Part shown: one piece after another, positions 32,703 to 41,000 of the stretch
Position numbering within the stretch: the first letter of the stretch is position 1
How the letters are laid out: each line of letters opens with the position of its first letter
NCBI GenBank assembly: GCA_947628985.1
Contig: CANRCA010000003.1
Span: forward strand, 1-41,011
Direction of reading: 5' to 3'
Length of the DNA stretch: 41,011 bases
DNA from: an uncultured Bacilli bacterium
GTDB lineage: Bacteria; Bacillota_I; Bacilli_A; RF39; UBA660
Position numbers and translations under genes: made by a program
Notes under the pieces: generated by a model
What the model was told of the DNA's origin: nothing
What the model saw: only the letters and a program-made list of their open reading frames with translations
Databases searched by the model: none

Positions 32703-34427
32703 CTACATTCTATCTGGTATTTCTATTGCTAGAATATCTAATAGTTTTTCACATGTATTATAAATTAATTTAAGCATAGATAAGTAAGTATTTCTTTTAT
32801 CATCATCTTTTTCATTTAATATATTAGTTTCTGCATAAAACTTATTAAATAAACTGCATATATCAAATAAATATTCACATATATAACTTAAAGTTTTTTC
32901 ATTATAAGAATTTTTTAATATCTTAGAAAGTTCTATTAATTTTATATAAATATTTTTTTCTGTTTCACTATATATTGATTTTATTTCATATTTTTCTATA
33001 TTTTGTTTTTTCAAAATAGATTTAATTCTAACCATAGTATATAAAATATATGGTCCTGTTTTTCCATCAAATGAACAAAATTTTTCAATATCAAATATAT
33101 AATCTGTTGAACGATATGGTAATAAATCTGCAAATTTAACTGCAGAAACTATTAATTTATCTAAAATATTTCTTTTTTCTTCATCATTATCAAATTTATC
33201 CATTTTTTTATTTAATTCTTCTTCAATTTGTTTTAATAATGAATTTAATGATAAAACTCCACCATCTCTTGTTTTATATGGCTTTCCATCTTTACCATTC
33301 ATAGTTCCATTATAATAATGTGCAAGTTTAACATCTTTTCTAACTAAACCACTTTTATAAGATGCTCTAAATACTTGTTTAAAATACATTGATTGTCTTA
33401 TATCTGCAATATACCAAATTTCATCTGGATTATAATTTTTAACTCTTGAATAAATAGTAGCTAAATCTCTAGTAGCATAAATAGATGCACCATTATTTTT
33501 AATTACTATTAATGGTGGTATTTCTACTTTATCATCATCTTTTTTAACATCTATTACCATTGCACCATTTGATTCATACATATATGGTTTTAATATTTCT
33601 AAAGTTGGTTCTATATAATTTAAAGAACTTAGTTCACCTTCCCATAAATCAAAATTACAATTTAAATAATCATAAACTCTTTTTATTTCATTAGCAGATA
33701 CTTCTACTATATCTTTCCACATACTGATATATGGTTCTTTTCCTTCTTCTACTAATGCAGTAATATTTCTTACTTCTTCTAATCTTTCTTCATCTTCCTT
33801 ACATGCATTACTAGCAGCAGGATAATATACTGAAAGTTCATAAGGAGTTATTTCTAATTTTGGATACTTTCCCTTATAATTTGGATCAAAATAACATAAA
33901 TCTGGTTTTCTTCTTTTAATTTCACTTATAACCATTCCAGATTGTCTTCCTAAATCTCCTAAATGAACATCTCCTATTACTTTATTTCCTAATAATTTTG
34001 CTAATCTTTTTAAAGATTCCCCAATATTAGCAGGTCTCATATGTCCTACATGTAATTCTTTAGCGGCATTAGCACCACCATAATCTATAATAATTGTTTT
34101 TTCTTCTTCTTTATCAATCAAAACATCAAAATTATCAATTGCTAAATTTATATTTTCTATTAAAAAATCATCATTTATAGTTAAATTAATAAAGCCAGGT
34201 CCAGCTATATTAATATTAGTAAATCTATTATCTATACTACTTACTATTTCTTTTGCTATTTCTAAAGGATTTTTTCCATATTTCTTAGCAAGTGGCATAG
34301 CAACATTTATTTGAAATTCACCTAAATCACGACGAGATGATGATTCTAATGTTACATCATCTATTTCATATCCACATTTATTAATAACATCTTTCAAATA
34401 ATTTTCGCTTTCTTTAATAAAACTCAT
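32703..34427 (-). CDS. argS: Arginine--tRNA ligase
   Basis: AGPGFIN, ANAAKELHVGHMR (HIGH), YATRDLA, KTRDG, GKTGPYILY, C-terminal PDRM. Confidence 0.97.
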   Translation of the reverse strand: MSFIKESENYLKDVINKCGYEIDDVTLESSSRRDLGEFQINVAMPLAKKYGKNPLEIAKEIVSSIDNRFTNINIAGPGFINLTINDDFLIENINLAIDNFDVLIDKEEEKTIIIDYGGANAAKELHVGHMRPANIGESLKRLAKLLGNKVIGDVHLGDLGRQSGMVISEIKRRKPDLCYFDPNYKGKYPKLEITPYELSVYYPAASNACKEDEERLEEVRNITALVEEGKEPYISMWKDIVEVSANEIKRVYDYLNCNFDLWEGELSSLNYIEPTLEILKPYMYESNGAMVIDVKKDDDKVEIPPLIVIKNNGASIYATRDLATIYSRVKNYNPDEIWYIADIRQSMYFKQVFRASYKSGLVRKDVKLAHYYNGTMNGKDGKPYKTRDGGVLSLNSLLKQIEEELNKKMDKFDNDEEKRNILDKLIVSAVKFADLLPYRSTDYIFDIEKFCSFDGKTGPYILYTMVRIKSILKKQNIEKYEIKSIYSETEKNIYIKLIELSKILKNSYNEKTLSYICEYLFDICSLFNKFYAETNILNEKDDDKRNTYLSMLKLIYNTCEKLLDILAIEIPDRM

Positions 34428-34548
34428 GTGAATTCTTTCCTTTCAAGAAATATTATAACACGACTATTATAAAAATTAAATTAATTTTTTATCATATTTT
34501 TAAGCTTTTAAAATATAATACCATATATCTATATCATATATGTGTTTT

Positions 34549-34577
34549 TTGACAAAGCATTAAAAATATGGTATGAT
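34549..34577 (+). promoter_or_regulatory. Sigma-A promoter of ole-oapA
   Basis: TTGACA-17nt-TATGAT with extended TG; predicted start 34583-34585 coincides with the 5' strand of the RNA closing stem. Confidence 0.85.
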
Positions 34578-34582
34578 TAAAT

Positions 34583-35040
34583 GCGTATGGAGCACTATGC
34601 TAGTCAAACATACCACTAGAAGATGGGGCTAAAAATCCATTAATTGTACAAAAGTGAGACTTTATATATTTTGCTTCTTTCGCCCAGATTGGGGTGAGTA
34701 TATAATTTTAGATTTAAGGATATTATGCAATGGCATGTATATGAATCCTTTTATCAAATCGAGTGTATATGAACGTACATGTCGTGAGTGATTTATTGGG
34801 ATAGAAATTGAAAAATAAATTGCAAAAGCGAATAAAAGTGAATTATGTTTGTTTGGGAAAACCTCTAGTGTGTCTATATTATAAGGATTGAAGTGCGGAC
34901 TAAGTGGTGATCGAGTGATCATTATGGTAACAAATGATTTATAATTTTAAAGAGAAATCGCCTACGGGTAACTAAGGGTAATTATGAGAGAAATTCAACT
35001 CGACCAAAGCCGTAAAATTAATTTATAATATTCCATGCAA
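34583..35040 (+). ncRNA. ole: OLE RNA (ornate, large, extremophilic), compact variant
   Basis: GC-elevated stretch with no + strand ORF directly upstream of oapA; 5' GUAUGGAG pairs with 3' UUCCAUGC; blocks resembling OLE consensus as I recall it (CUAGU..CCACUAG, GGGAAAACCUCUAG, GGAUUGAAGUGCGGACUAAGUGGUGAUC, CGCCUACGGGUAAC). Confidence 0.88.
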
Positions 35041-35059
35041 ATTTTTTCTAGGAGATAAA

Positions 35060-35578
35060 ATGAAAGATAAATGGATCATTAAGACTTTTTTAATGACTTT
35101 TTTTATAGCATTATTTTTTAATAGTGTTTCAAATGTCATTTCAAATAAATGTAATAATTTAATAATATTAATTTTACTTGCAATATTATTTATAGCTATC
35201 GGTATTATTTTTGATATAATTGGTACTGCTGTTTTAACTGCTAAAGAATCAACTTTTCATGCTAAAAGTGCTAAAAAAATTAAAGGCTCAAAACAAGGAG
35301 TATATTTAATTAAAAATTCTAGTAAAATAGCAAGTATATGTAATGATGTTGTTGGTGATATATGTGGTATTGTTAGTGGTTCTGTTAGTGCTATTATAGG
35401 AATTACAATATCAAATACTTTTAATATATCTGTTATATTAATTACTTTAATAATAAGTTCTATTATTTCAGCGTTAACTGTTGGTGGAAAAGCAATAGGA
35501 AAAAAATTTGCTATTAAAAATAGTGATGAAATAATATTCTGTGTTGCTAAAATTATTTCTAAATTTAAAAAAGATTAA
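35060..35578 (+). CDS. oapA: OLE-associated protein A (CNNM/DUF21-like membrane protein)
   Basis: GIIFDIIG, FHA, CNDVVGDICGIVSG and LTVGGKAIGK motifs; about 4 TM; immediately downstream of the RNA. Confidence 0.9.
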   Translation: MKDKWIIKTFLMTFFIALFFNSVSNVISNKCNNLIILILLAILFIAIGIIFDIIGTAVLTAKESTFHAKSAKKIKGSKQGVYLIKNSSKIASICNDVVGDICGIVSGSVSAIIGITISNTFNISVILITLIISSIISALTVGGKAIGKKFAIKNSDEIIFCVAKIISKFKKD

Positions 35579-35601
35579 GGTTTTAAAAATCTTAATCTTT
35601 T
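35569..35601. terminator. Bidirectional terminator overlapping the oapA and typA stop codons
   Basis: AAAAGATTAAG-11nt-CTTAATCTTTT. Confidence 0.75.
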
Positions 35602-37405
35602 AATTTCTATTACTTCTAAATCTTTCTTTTTCATCAAGAATTTTCTTTCTAAGTCTAATCGCATCTGGTGTAACTTCTACTAATTCATCAGATTCAATAA
35701 ATTCTAATGCTTCTTCTAAAGTAAATGTTTTTGGTTTAGGAAGAGCAATTGCTTCATCACTACTAGTAGATCTTGTATTTGAAAATTCTTTATTTTTACA
35801 TGGATTAACATTTAAATCATTTTCTCTATTATTAATTCCAATTATTTGTCCAGAGTATACATCTACTGATGGCTCAACTATCATAGTACCTCTATCTAAT
35901 AAGTTATATAAAGCATATCCAAATGTTTTACCACTTTCCATTGAAACTAATACACCATTTTTACGACCTGTTATTTCACCAGCATAAGGTTTATATGAAT
36001 CAAAACTTCTTACCATGATTCCTTCACCTTTAGTATTAGTAATAAAGCTATTTCTATATCCTATTAAACCTCTTGTTGGAACTGAAAACTCTAATCTAAC
36101 ATAATTTTCTTCAGCACTTTCCATAAGTTCCATAGTACCTTTTCTTTCACTTAAATCACTTATAATTGTTCCTGAATAATCGTTAGGTACATTTATTATA
36201 ACTTTTTCATATGGTTCACATTTAACACCATCTATTTCTTTAAATATTACTTCTGGTTTTGAAACACTTAATTCATATCCTTCTCTTCTCATATTTTCAA
36301 TAAGAATAGATAAATGTAATTCTCCACGACCAGATACTTTAAATCCATCAGATCCTGGTAATTCTTCTACTTCTAAACCTACATTTCTTTCAAGTTCTGC
36401 CATTAATCTATCTCTTAAATGTCTAGAAGTTACAAATTTTCCAACTTTACCAGCAAAAGGACTAGAATTAACTAAAAAGTTCATTGATAGTGTTGGTTTT
36501 TCAATTTCAATACTTGGTAGTGGATCAACATGATCATTATCACATATAGTATCTCCTATTGAAATATCAGGACAACCTGCTACTATTACTATATCTCCAT
36601 AATATGCAGTATTTACTTCTTTCTTCTTAATTCCTTCATTTATAAATAATTTAGTAATTTTTTCTTTTTCAATACTTCCATCATTCTTAGAAATAGTTAC
36701 TGTTTGACCTACACTAATTTTACCTTTATTTATTCTACCTATTCCAAGTCTACCAATATAATCATCATAATCTAAAGATGAAATTTGGAATTGTAATGGA
36801 TCATTTTCATTTCCTTCAAAAGGTTTAGTAGTTTCAATAATTGTATCTAATAATGGAGTAATATCATTATTATCATCATCTATTTCATATTTTGCTATTC
36901 CTTCTTTAGCAATACCATATATTATTTTAAAATCTAATTGTTCGTTACTAGCATCTAAATCACAGAATAAATCAAATGTCATATTAACAACTTCTTCAGG
37001 ACGAGCATCTTTTTTATCTATTTTATTAATAAATAATATAGGTTTTAATCCATTTTTTAATGCTTCTTTTAAAACAAATCTTGTTTGAGGCATTGGTCCT
37101 TCTGCTGAATCAACTAATAAAACTACTGTATCAACTGTTTTAATAATTCTTTCAATTTCACTTGAAAAATCAGCATGTCCTGGAGTATCAACTATATTCA
37201 TTTTATAATCTTTATATCTAATAGAACAATTTTTAGCAGTTATAGTTATACCTCTTTCACGTTCTAAATCTCCACTATCCATAACACAATCAACAACTTG
37301 TTCATTATCTCTAAAAACACCATTTTGTTTTAATAAAGCATCAACAAGTGTACTTTTTCCAGCATCAACGTGAGCTACAACAGCAAAATTTATTATTTTT
37401 TCCAT
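35600..37405 (-). CDS. typA: Translational GTPase TypA/BipA
   Basis: AHVDAGKST, ERERGITI, DTPGHADF, NKID, GRGELHL, ENMRREGYE, ELVEVTP..IRLRK. Confidence 0.97.
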   Translation of the reverse strand: MEKIINFAVVAHVDAGKSTLVDALLKQNGVFRDNEQVVDCVMDSGDLERERGITITAKNCSIRYKDYKMNIVDTPGHADFSSEIERIIKTVDTVVLLVDSAEGPMPQTRFVLKEALKNGLKPILFINKIDKKDARPEEVVNMTFDLFCDLDASNEQLDFKIIYGIAKEGIAKYEIDDDNNDITPLLDTIIETTKPFEGNENDPLQFQISSLDYDDYIGRLGIGRINKGKISVGQTVTISKNDGSIEKEKITKLFINEGIKKKEVNTAYYGDIVIVAGCPDISIGDTICDNDHVDPLPSIEIEKPTLSMNFLVNSSPFAGKVGKFVTSRHLRDRLMAELERNVGLEVEELPGSDGFKVSGRGELHLSILIENMRREGYELSVSKPEVIFKEIDGVKCEPYEKVIINVPNDYSGTIISDLSERKGTMELMESAEENYVRLEFSVPTRGLIGYRNSFITNTKGEGIMVRSFDSYKPYAGEITGRKNGVLVSMESGKTFGYALYNLLDRGTMIVEPSVDVYSGQIIGINNRENDLNVNPCKNKEFSNTRSTSSDEAIALPKPKTFTLEEALEFIESDELVEVTPDAIRLRKKILDEKERFRSNRN

Positions 37406-37574
37406 AATATCATCCCCTCTTTGATATGCCTATTAATAATACATCATTTTTGACATATTTTCAAGAAAAAATTATAATTTTAAATATTTATTTCTGATAG
37501 TAATATTTTATCATTTACAATAAATGGTTAAAAATTTTAAATAATGGCAAAATAATATAGTAGGAGACAAGCTA

Positions 37575-37835
37575 ATGAAAGAAAAATTTATATTTAAAGA
37601 TGAAAAACAATTATATTCTACAATAGGAAAAAATATAAGATATTATAGAAAATTATATAGTTTAAATAAAAAGGAATTAACACAAGAAGCACTTGCTGAA
37701 ATTGCAAATGTATCTACTTCTCTTATTGGAAATTTAGAAAGTAAAAAAACTTATCAAGGGATAAGTATATATAATTTATATAAAATAAGTAATATTTTAG
37801 AAGTTCCTATTGAAAACTTTTTTATTGATCGTTAG
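37575..37835 (+). CDS. XRE-family HTH regulator
   Basis: IGKNIRYYR...LTQEALAEIANVSTSLIGNLE; AGGAG RBS. Confidence 0.9.
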   Translation: MKEKFIFKDEKQLYSTIGKNIRYYRKLYSLNKKELTQEALAEIANVSTSLIGNLESKKTYQGISIYNLYKISNILEVPIENFFIDR

Positions 37836-38085
37836 AATTAATTGGTTCAAAAAATTTTTCTATTGAAGTATTTAATACTATAGAAATTTTATATAATGTT
37901 ATTAAAGCTAATCCTTCACTACCTTTAGTACTTTCAAATTTTCTAATGAATTCAGGCGATACGCCTACATCAACTGCTAGTTGTTCTTGAGTAATCTTAT
38001 TAATTTTTCTATATTTGATAACATTATATGCTACTGTTTCTATAATATTTTCATCAAAATCAAATTCTCTTTTAAATTTTGTCAT
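37822..38085 (-). CDS. XRE-family HTH regulator
   Basis: NVIKYRKINKITQEQLAVDVGVSPEFIRKFE; AAGGTG RBS. Confidence 0.9.
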   Translation of the reverse strand: MTKFKREFDFDENIIETVAYNVIKYRKINKITQEQLAVDVGVSPEFIRKFESTKGSEGLALITLYKISIVLNTSIEKFFEPINSNDQ

Positions 38086-38133
38086 AAAATCACCTTATCT
38101 ATAGATAATTTTACACATTTTTATTTCAATTTT

Positions 38134-38154
38134 ATGTAGAGTGATACTATACAT
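38134..38154. promoter_or_regulatory. Palindromic candidate operator between divergent XRE genes
   Basis: ATGTAgAGT-gat-ACTaTACAT, 8 of 9 positions symmetric. Confidence 0.5.
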
Positions 38155-38192
38155 TTTTAAAATTTTATTTTATAATAAATTAGGTGATGTTA

Positions 38193-38441
38193 ATGACACA
38201 AGATGAATTAAATCGTATTATTGGTAAGAATATAAAAAAGTATAGACTTTTATATAATAAAAATCACTCAAGGATGACGCAAGAAAAATTAGCTGAAGCA
38301 ATAAATGTTTCTGTTTCTTTAATAGGTAGTTTAGAAAGTAATAAAATTAATAAAGGTATAGGAATTGTGAATTTATATAAAATTTCTGTTATACTAGAAG
38401 TACCAATAAATAAATTTTTTGAGGTGAATGATGATAAATAA
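38193..38441 (+). CDS. XRE-family HTH regulator
   Basis: IGKNIKKYR...MTQEKLAEAINVSVSLIGSLE; start MTQDE after AGGTGA. Confidence 0.9.
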   Translation: MTQDELNRIIGKNIKKYRLLYNKNHSRMTQEKLAEAINVSVSLIGSLESNKINKGIGIVNLYKISVILEVPINKFFEVNDDK

Positions 38442-38865
38442 ATTAATTAATAAAAATAATTTAACTAATAAAGAGGAACTTAATGATATATGTAATAATA
38501 TATTTTTAAAAAAGAAAAATGTTGATACCTTCTTAATAAATCTTGATAATTATATAACGTTTTTAAAAAAATATTTAACAATAGATTATAATGATTTACT
38601 TTATATTATATTTAATACTATTAATAATGATATGTATAATTCAATTATTAAAAAAGAAAAAGAATTTAAAAAGATATTTTTATTGAAATACAATGAAAAT
38701 ATCGAATTTATATCAATTTTTATGAAATTAAAGAAAAGAAATTTTAATAATTTAATAACTCATTTAAATAATTGCAAGAGAAGATGTTATACATATTTTG
38801 AAGATATTGGTTTAAGAAATTTAAAGTTTTATTTAGCATTATTTCAAGAATTAGAAACTAAATAA
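38431..38865 (+). CDS. Hypothetical protein, overlapping the XRE gene
   Basis: About 144 aa; GAGGTG RBS within the upstream XRE gene. Confidence 0.65.
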   Translation: MINKLINKNNLTNKEELNDICNNIFLKKKNVDTFLINLDNYITFLKKYLTIDYNDLLYIIFNTINNDMYNSIIKKEKEFKKIFLLKYNENIEFISIFMKLKKRNFNNLITHLNNCKRRCYTYFEDIGLRNLKFYLALFQELETK

Positions 38866-39931
38866 ATACATCATACATATTTTTATAAGTGAAAGTTACT
38901 CTATTAGTTCCTTTCTTTTTTTCTTTTATTAAATATCCTTCTTCTACTAATTTATTTAAAACTTTATTAACTGAATTAATATGTAAATTACATTCTTTAA
39001 CTAAATCATTAGTAGTAAATACTATTTTTTTAACAATTACTGGATATACTTTATAAATAGTAGTTCCACCAATTTTATCTTTAAATTCTTCTAAGTCATT
39101 ATTGTATATTTTATTTAATTTTTTGATTTTTTTAATATTTAATAAACATTGCTCTTTAATACATTCTAAGATTGTTTTAATAAATTTATTTATATCATCA
39201 TTAGAATCAGCAGATAATAAAGTAAAATAAGTATTTTTTAAATTTTCTAAACTTTCTGATATGAATAAAATTGGAACTTCTTTTTTATAATATGATAATT
39301 GCATAGGAATAAATAATCTTCCTAATTTACCATTACTTGAAACATAAGGATGTATTTTTTCTAATTGAAAGTGTGACAAAATTACAGAAATAAAATCAGG
39401 ATCTGTATTTTCATTTATATATTCTATTAAGTTTTTCATTAAATCATTAATATCTGTATATACTGGTGGAACATATGAAACACTAGAACCAGCTAAACCT
39501 GGTTTTAATAAAAATGTTTGAATTTTTCTAAATTTTCCACTAGCTTTTGTTTTATTATTTTTTTTACAATTTATAAACATTGATTTATTTATTTTATTAA
39601 ATGTATCAATATCTATTTTTCCATTTGATATATCATTGATACCAATTAATAATGATTTTTTTAAATTATTAAATTGAATAACATCATTATTTTCTATCAT
39701 ATATGGAGTGTGAAACATATATTCTTTTTCTATTTTACTACCATCTATTTTAAATGAATAGAAAATATCAGAAGTAAATGCACATTCTAAAAATGATTTA
39801 TAATCATATGCCATGCTTTTTAAAAATCCTTTATATTCACCATAGATTTCTTCTGTTTCACATATTAATTTTATTAATTCATATGATTTATCATATTCTA
39901 AAGGTAATTTTTTTGCTTTATATGGTTCCAT
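38858..39931 (-). CDS. Fic-family protein with C-terminal winged HTH, non-canonical motif
   Basis: SFKIDG, GKFRKIQ, YVPP, HFQLEKIHPYVSSNGKLGR; C-terminal VNKVLNKLVEEGYL. Confidence 0.88.
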   Translation of the reverse strand: MEPYKAKKLPLEYDKSYELIKLICETEEIYGEYKGFLKSMAYDYKSFLECAFTSDIFYSFKIDGSKIEKEYMFHTPYMIENNDVIQFNNLKKSLLIGINDISNGKIDIDTFNKINKSMFINCKKNNKTKASGKFRKIQTFLLKPGLAGSSVSYVPPVYTDINDLMKNLIEYINENTDPDFISVILSHFQLEKIHPYVSSNGKLGRLFIPMQLSYYKKEVPILFISESLENLKNTYFTLLSADSNDDINKFIKTILECIKEQCLLNIKKIKKLNKIYNNDLEEFKDKIGGTTIYKVYPVIVKKIVFTTNDLVKECNLHINSVNKVLNKLVEEGYLIKEKKKGTNRVTFTYKNMYDVFI

Positions 39932-40001
39932 TTATATCACCAATATTATCATATCATAAAAAAATAAAAAAATATACATATATTTTTAAAAACATGTATA
40001 T

Positions 40002-40364
40002 TTAATATGGATTTGGATAATCTAATAATCCATCACCCGAACCATTAACCCAATAAATTTTATTACCTTTAATTTTAAAATCATAATTTATTTTATATTT
40101 TTGTTTTCCATCTGTATTTTTATATATAAAAGTTATATTAGTATTTCCATTTGATTTTGGTATGAATACCCATTTATTATTTTCTTCTGTTTTTAACTCT
40201 AGATTATTATTACTTAATTCATAATACCATTTATAACCTTCTTCTTTAAAATCATATTCTATTGTAACTTGATCAGAATATTTTAATAAATAATTAGGTT
40301 TATAAAAAAATAATATAAACACAAGTAGAATAGCAGTAATTCCAAAAATTATATAATATCTCAT
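40002..40364 (-). CDS. Small membrane-anchored protein, possible chagasin/I42-like Ig fold
   Basis: N-terminal TM; GYKW...WVFIP...GNTNITFIY pattern; AAGGAG RBS. Confidence 0.65.
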   Translation of the reverse strand: MRYYIIFGITAILLVFILFFYKPNYLLKYSDQVTIEYDFKEEGYKWYYELSNNNLELKTEENNKWVFIPKSNGNTNITFIYKNTDGKQKYKINYDFKIKGNKIYWVNGSGDGLLDYPNPY

Positions 40365-40379
40365 AACACTCCTTTATAC

Positions 40380-40416
40380 ACAAAAAGCAACCAGCCCTGA
40401 TAAAGCTTGATTGCTT
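40380..40416 (-). terminator. Intrinsic terminator ending the candidate RNA
   Basis: Minus strand AAGCAAUCAAGC...GCUGGUUGCUU followed by UUUGU. Confidence 0.75.
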
Positions 40417-40608
40417 CGAGTTTTCGAAAAAAGAATTATAATCATTTATATTAAAGAATTTGGCTTTAATATAAATACTTCTAAATATTATCAGTATTTA
40501 GCATAATTTCTTATCATTTTGAGTTTTACTTTCTCAACGATATATCATTTGTCCTTAGTAGATAAGTATTCTATTTCTTAAATTAATAAGATTATTATTA
40601 TTTATACT

Positions 40609-40752
40609 TTATTGTAATTCTATACATAAATAACTAATAAATTAATATTAATTATAAACATATAAATATTATCAACAATTTTATTGTAATTTTATATACA
40701 AATAACTAATAAGTTAATACTAATTATAAATATACAAATATTATCAATAAAT
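40609..40752. repeat. Two tandem imperfect 72-bp repeats, each a long hairpin
   Basis: 40609-40680 versus 40681-40752, 63/72 identical by manual alignment. Confidence 0.92.
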
Positions 40753-40882
40753 TTTATAAATTAATAATATTATAGAATTTTTTCACACGATAATTTTTAA
40801 TATGTTTCATCAATTTAAACTAAATATTTAAATTTAATAAAAATATATAGAATACATATTTTATTATCTATTGGACAATTAT

Positions 40883-40911
40883 ATTTTATCAAGTATAAAA
40901 ATTGTTGTCAA
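40883..40911 (-). promoter_or_regulatory. Sigma-A promoter of the candidate RNA
   Basis: TTGACA-17nt-TAAAAT with extended TG on the minus strand. Confidence 0.82.
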
Positions 40912-40976
40912 CACTTTTTTGAAAATTTTGTCAATTTTTTGTTACAATTCACAGTCGATAAGAAAGAGCTAAAATA

Positions 40977-41000
40977 AAAATGTAGGAAAACCTGCATTTT
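40977..41000 (-). terminator. Probable terminator of a gene beyond the window edge
   Basis: Minus strand AAAAUGCAGG-uuuu-CCUACAUUUU hairpin (one mismatch) with U tract. Confidence 0.5.

Larger units (their letters stand above)
40380..40876 (-). ncRNA. Candidate large structured non-coding RNA or regulatory leader, family not recognised
   Basis: Promoter and terminator bracket an ORF-free 500 nt; nested long-range inverted repeats; multiple hairpins with strand-specific G-U pairs. Confidence 0.7.

Noticed and set aside
34428-34548. T-box leader upstream of argS
   Set aside because: A TGnTATAAT sits about 25 nt from the start and no T-box motif is present
34662-34922. 86-aa minus-strand ORF
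   Set aside because: Antisense to the OLE RNA, no recognisable motif or RBS; explained by the locally higher GC
37575-39931. XRE/Fic cluster as a prophage or mobile element
   Set aside because: No integrase, transposase, structural genes or att repeats seen
26540-40005. Short ORFs 26540-26722, 27599-27781, 31775-31978 and 39778-40005
   Set aside because: Antisense to dusB, the YfcC-like gene, rpsF and the Fic gene; no motifs
40609-40752. Tandem repeat as a CRISPR array or a coding repeat
   Set aside because: Only two abutting units, no spacer, no cas genes. The length is a multiple of 3, but the ORF track shows nothing here and the frames I translated hit stops
40380-40876. Region as tmRNA, RNase P RNA, T-box or replication origin
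   Set aside because: No GGGG..CCA tRNA-like ends, no GAGGAAAGUCC, no T-box GGUGGnACC, no TTATCCACA DnaA boxes seen
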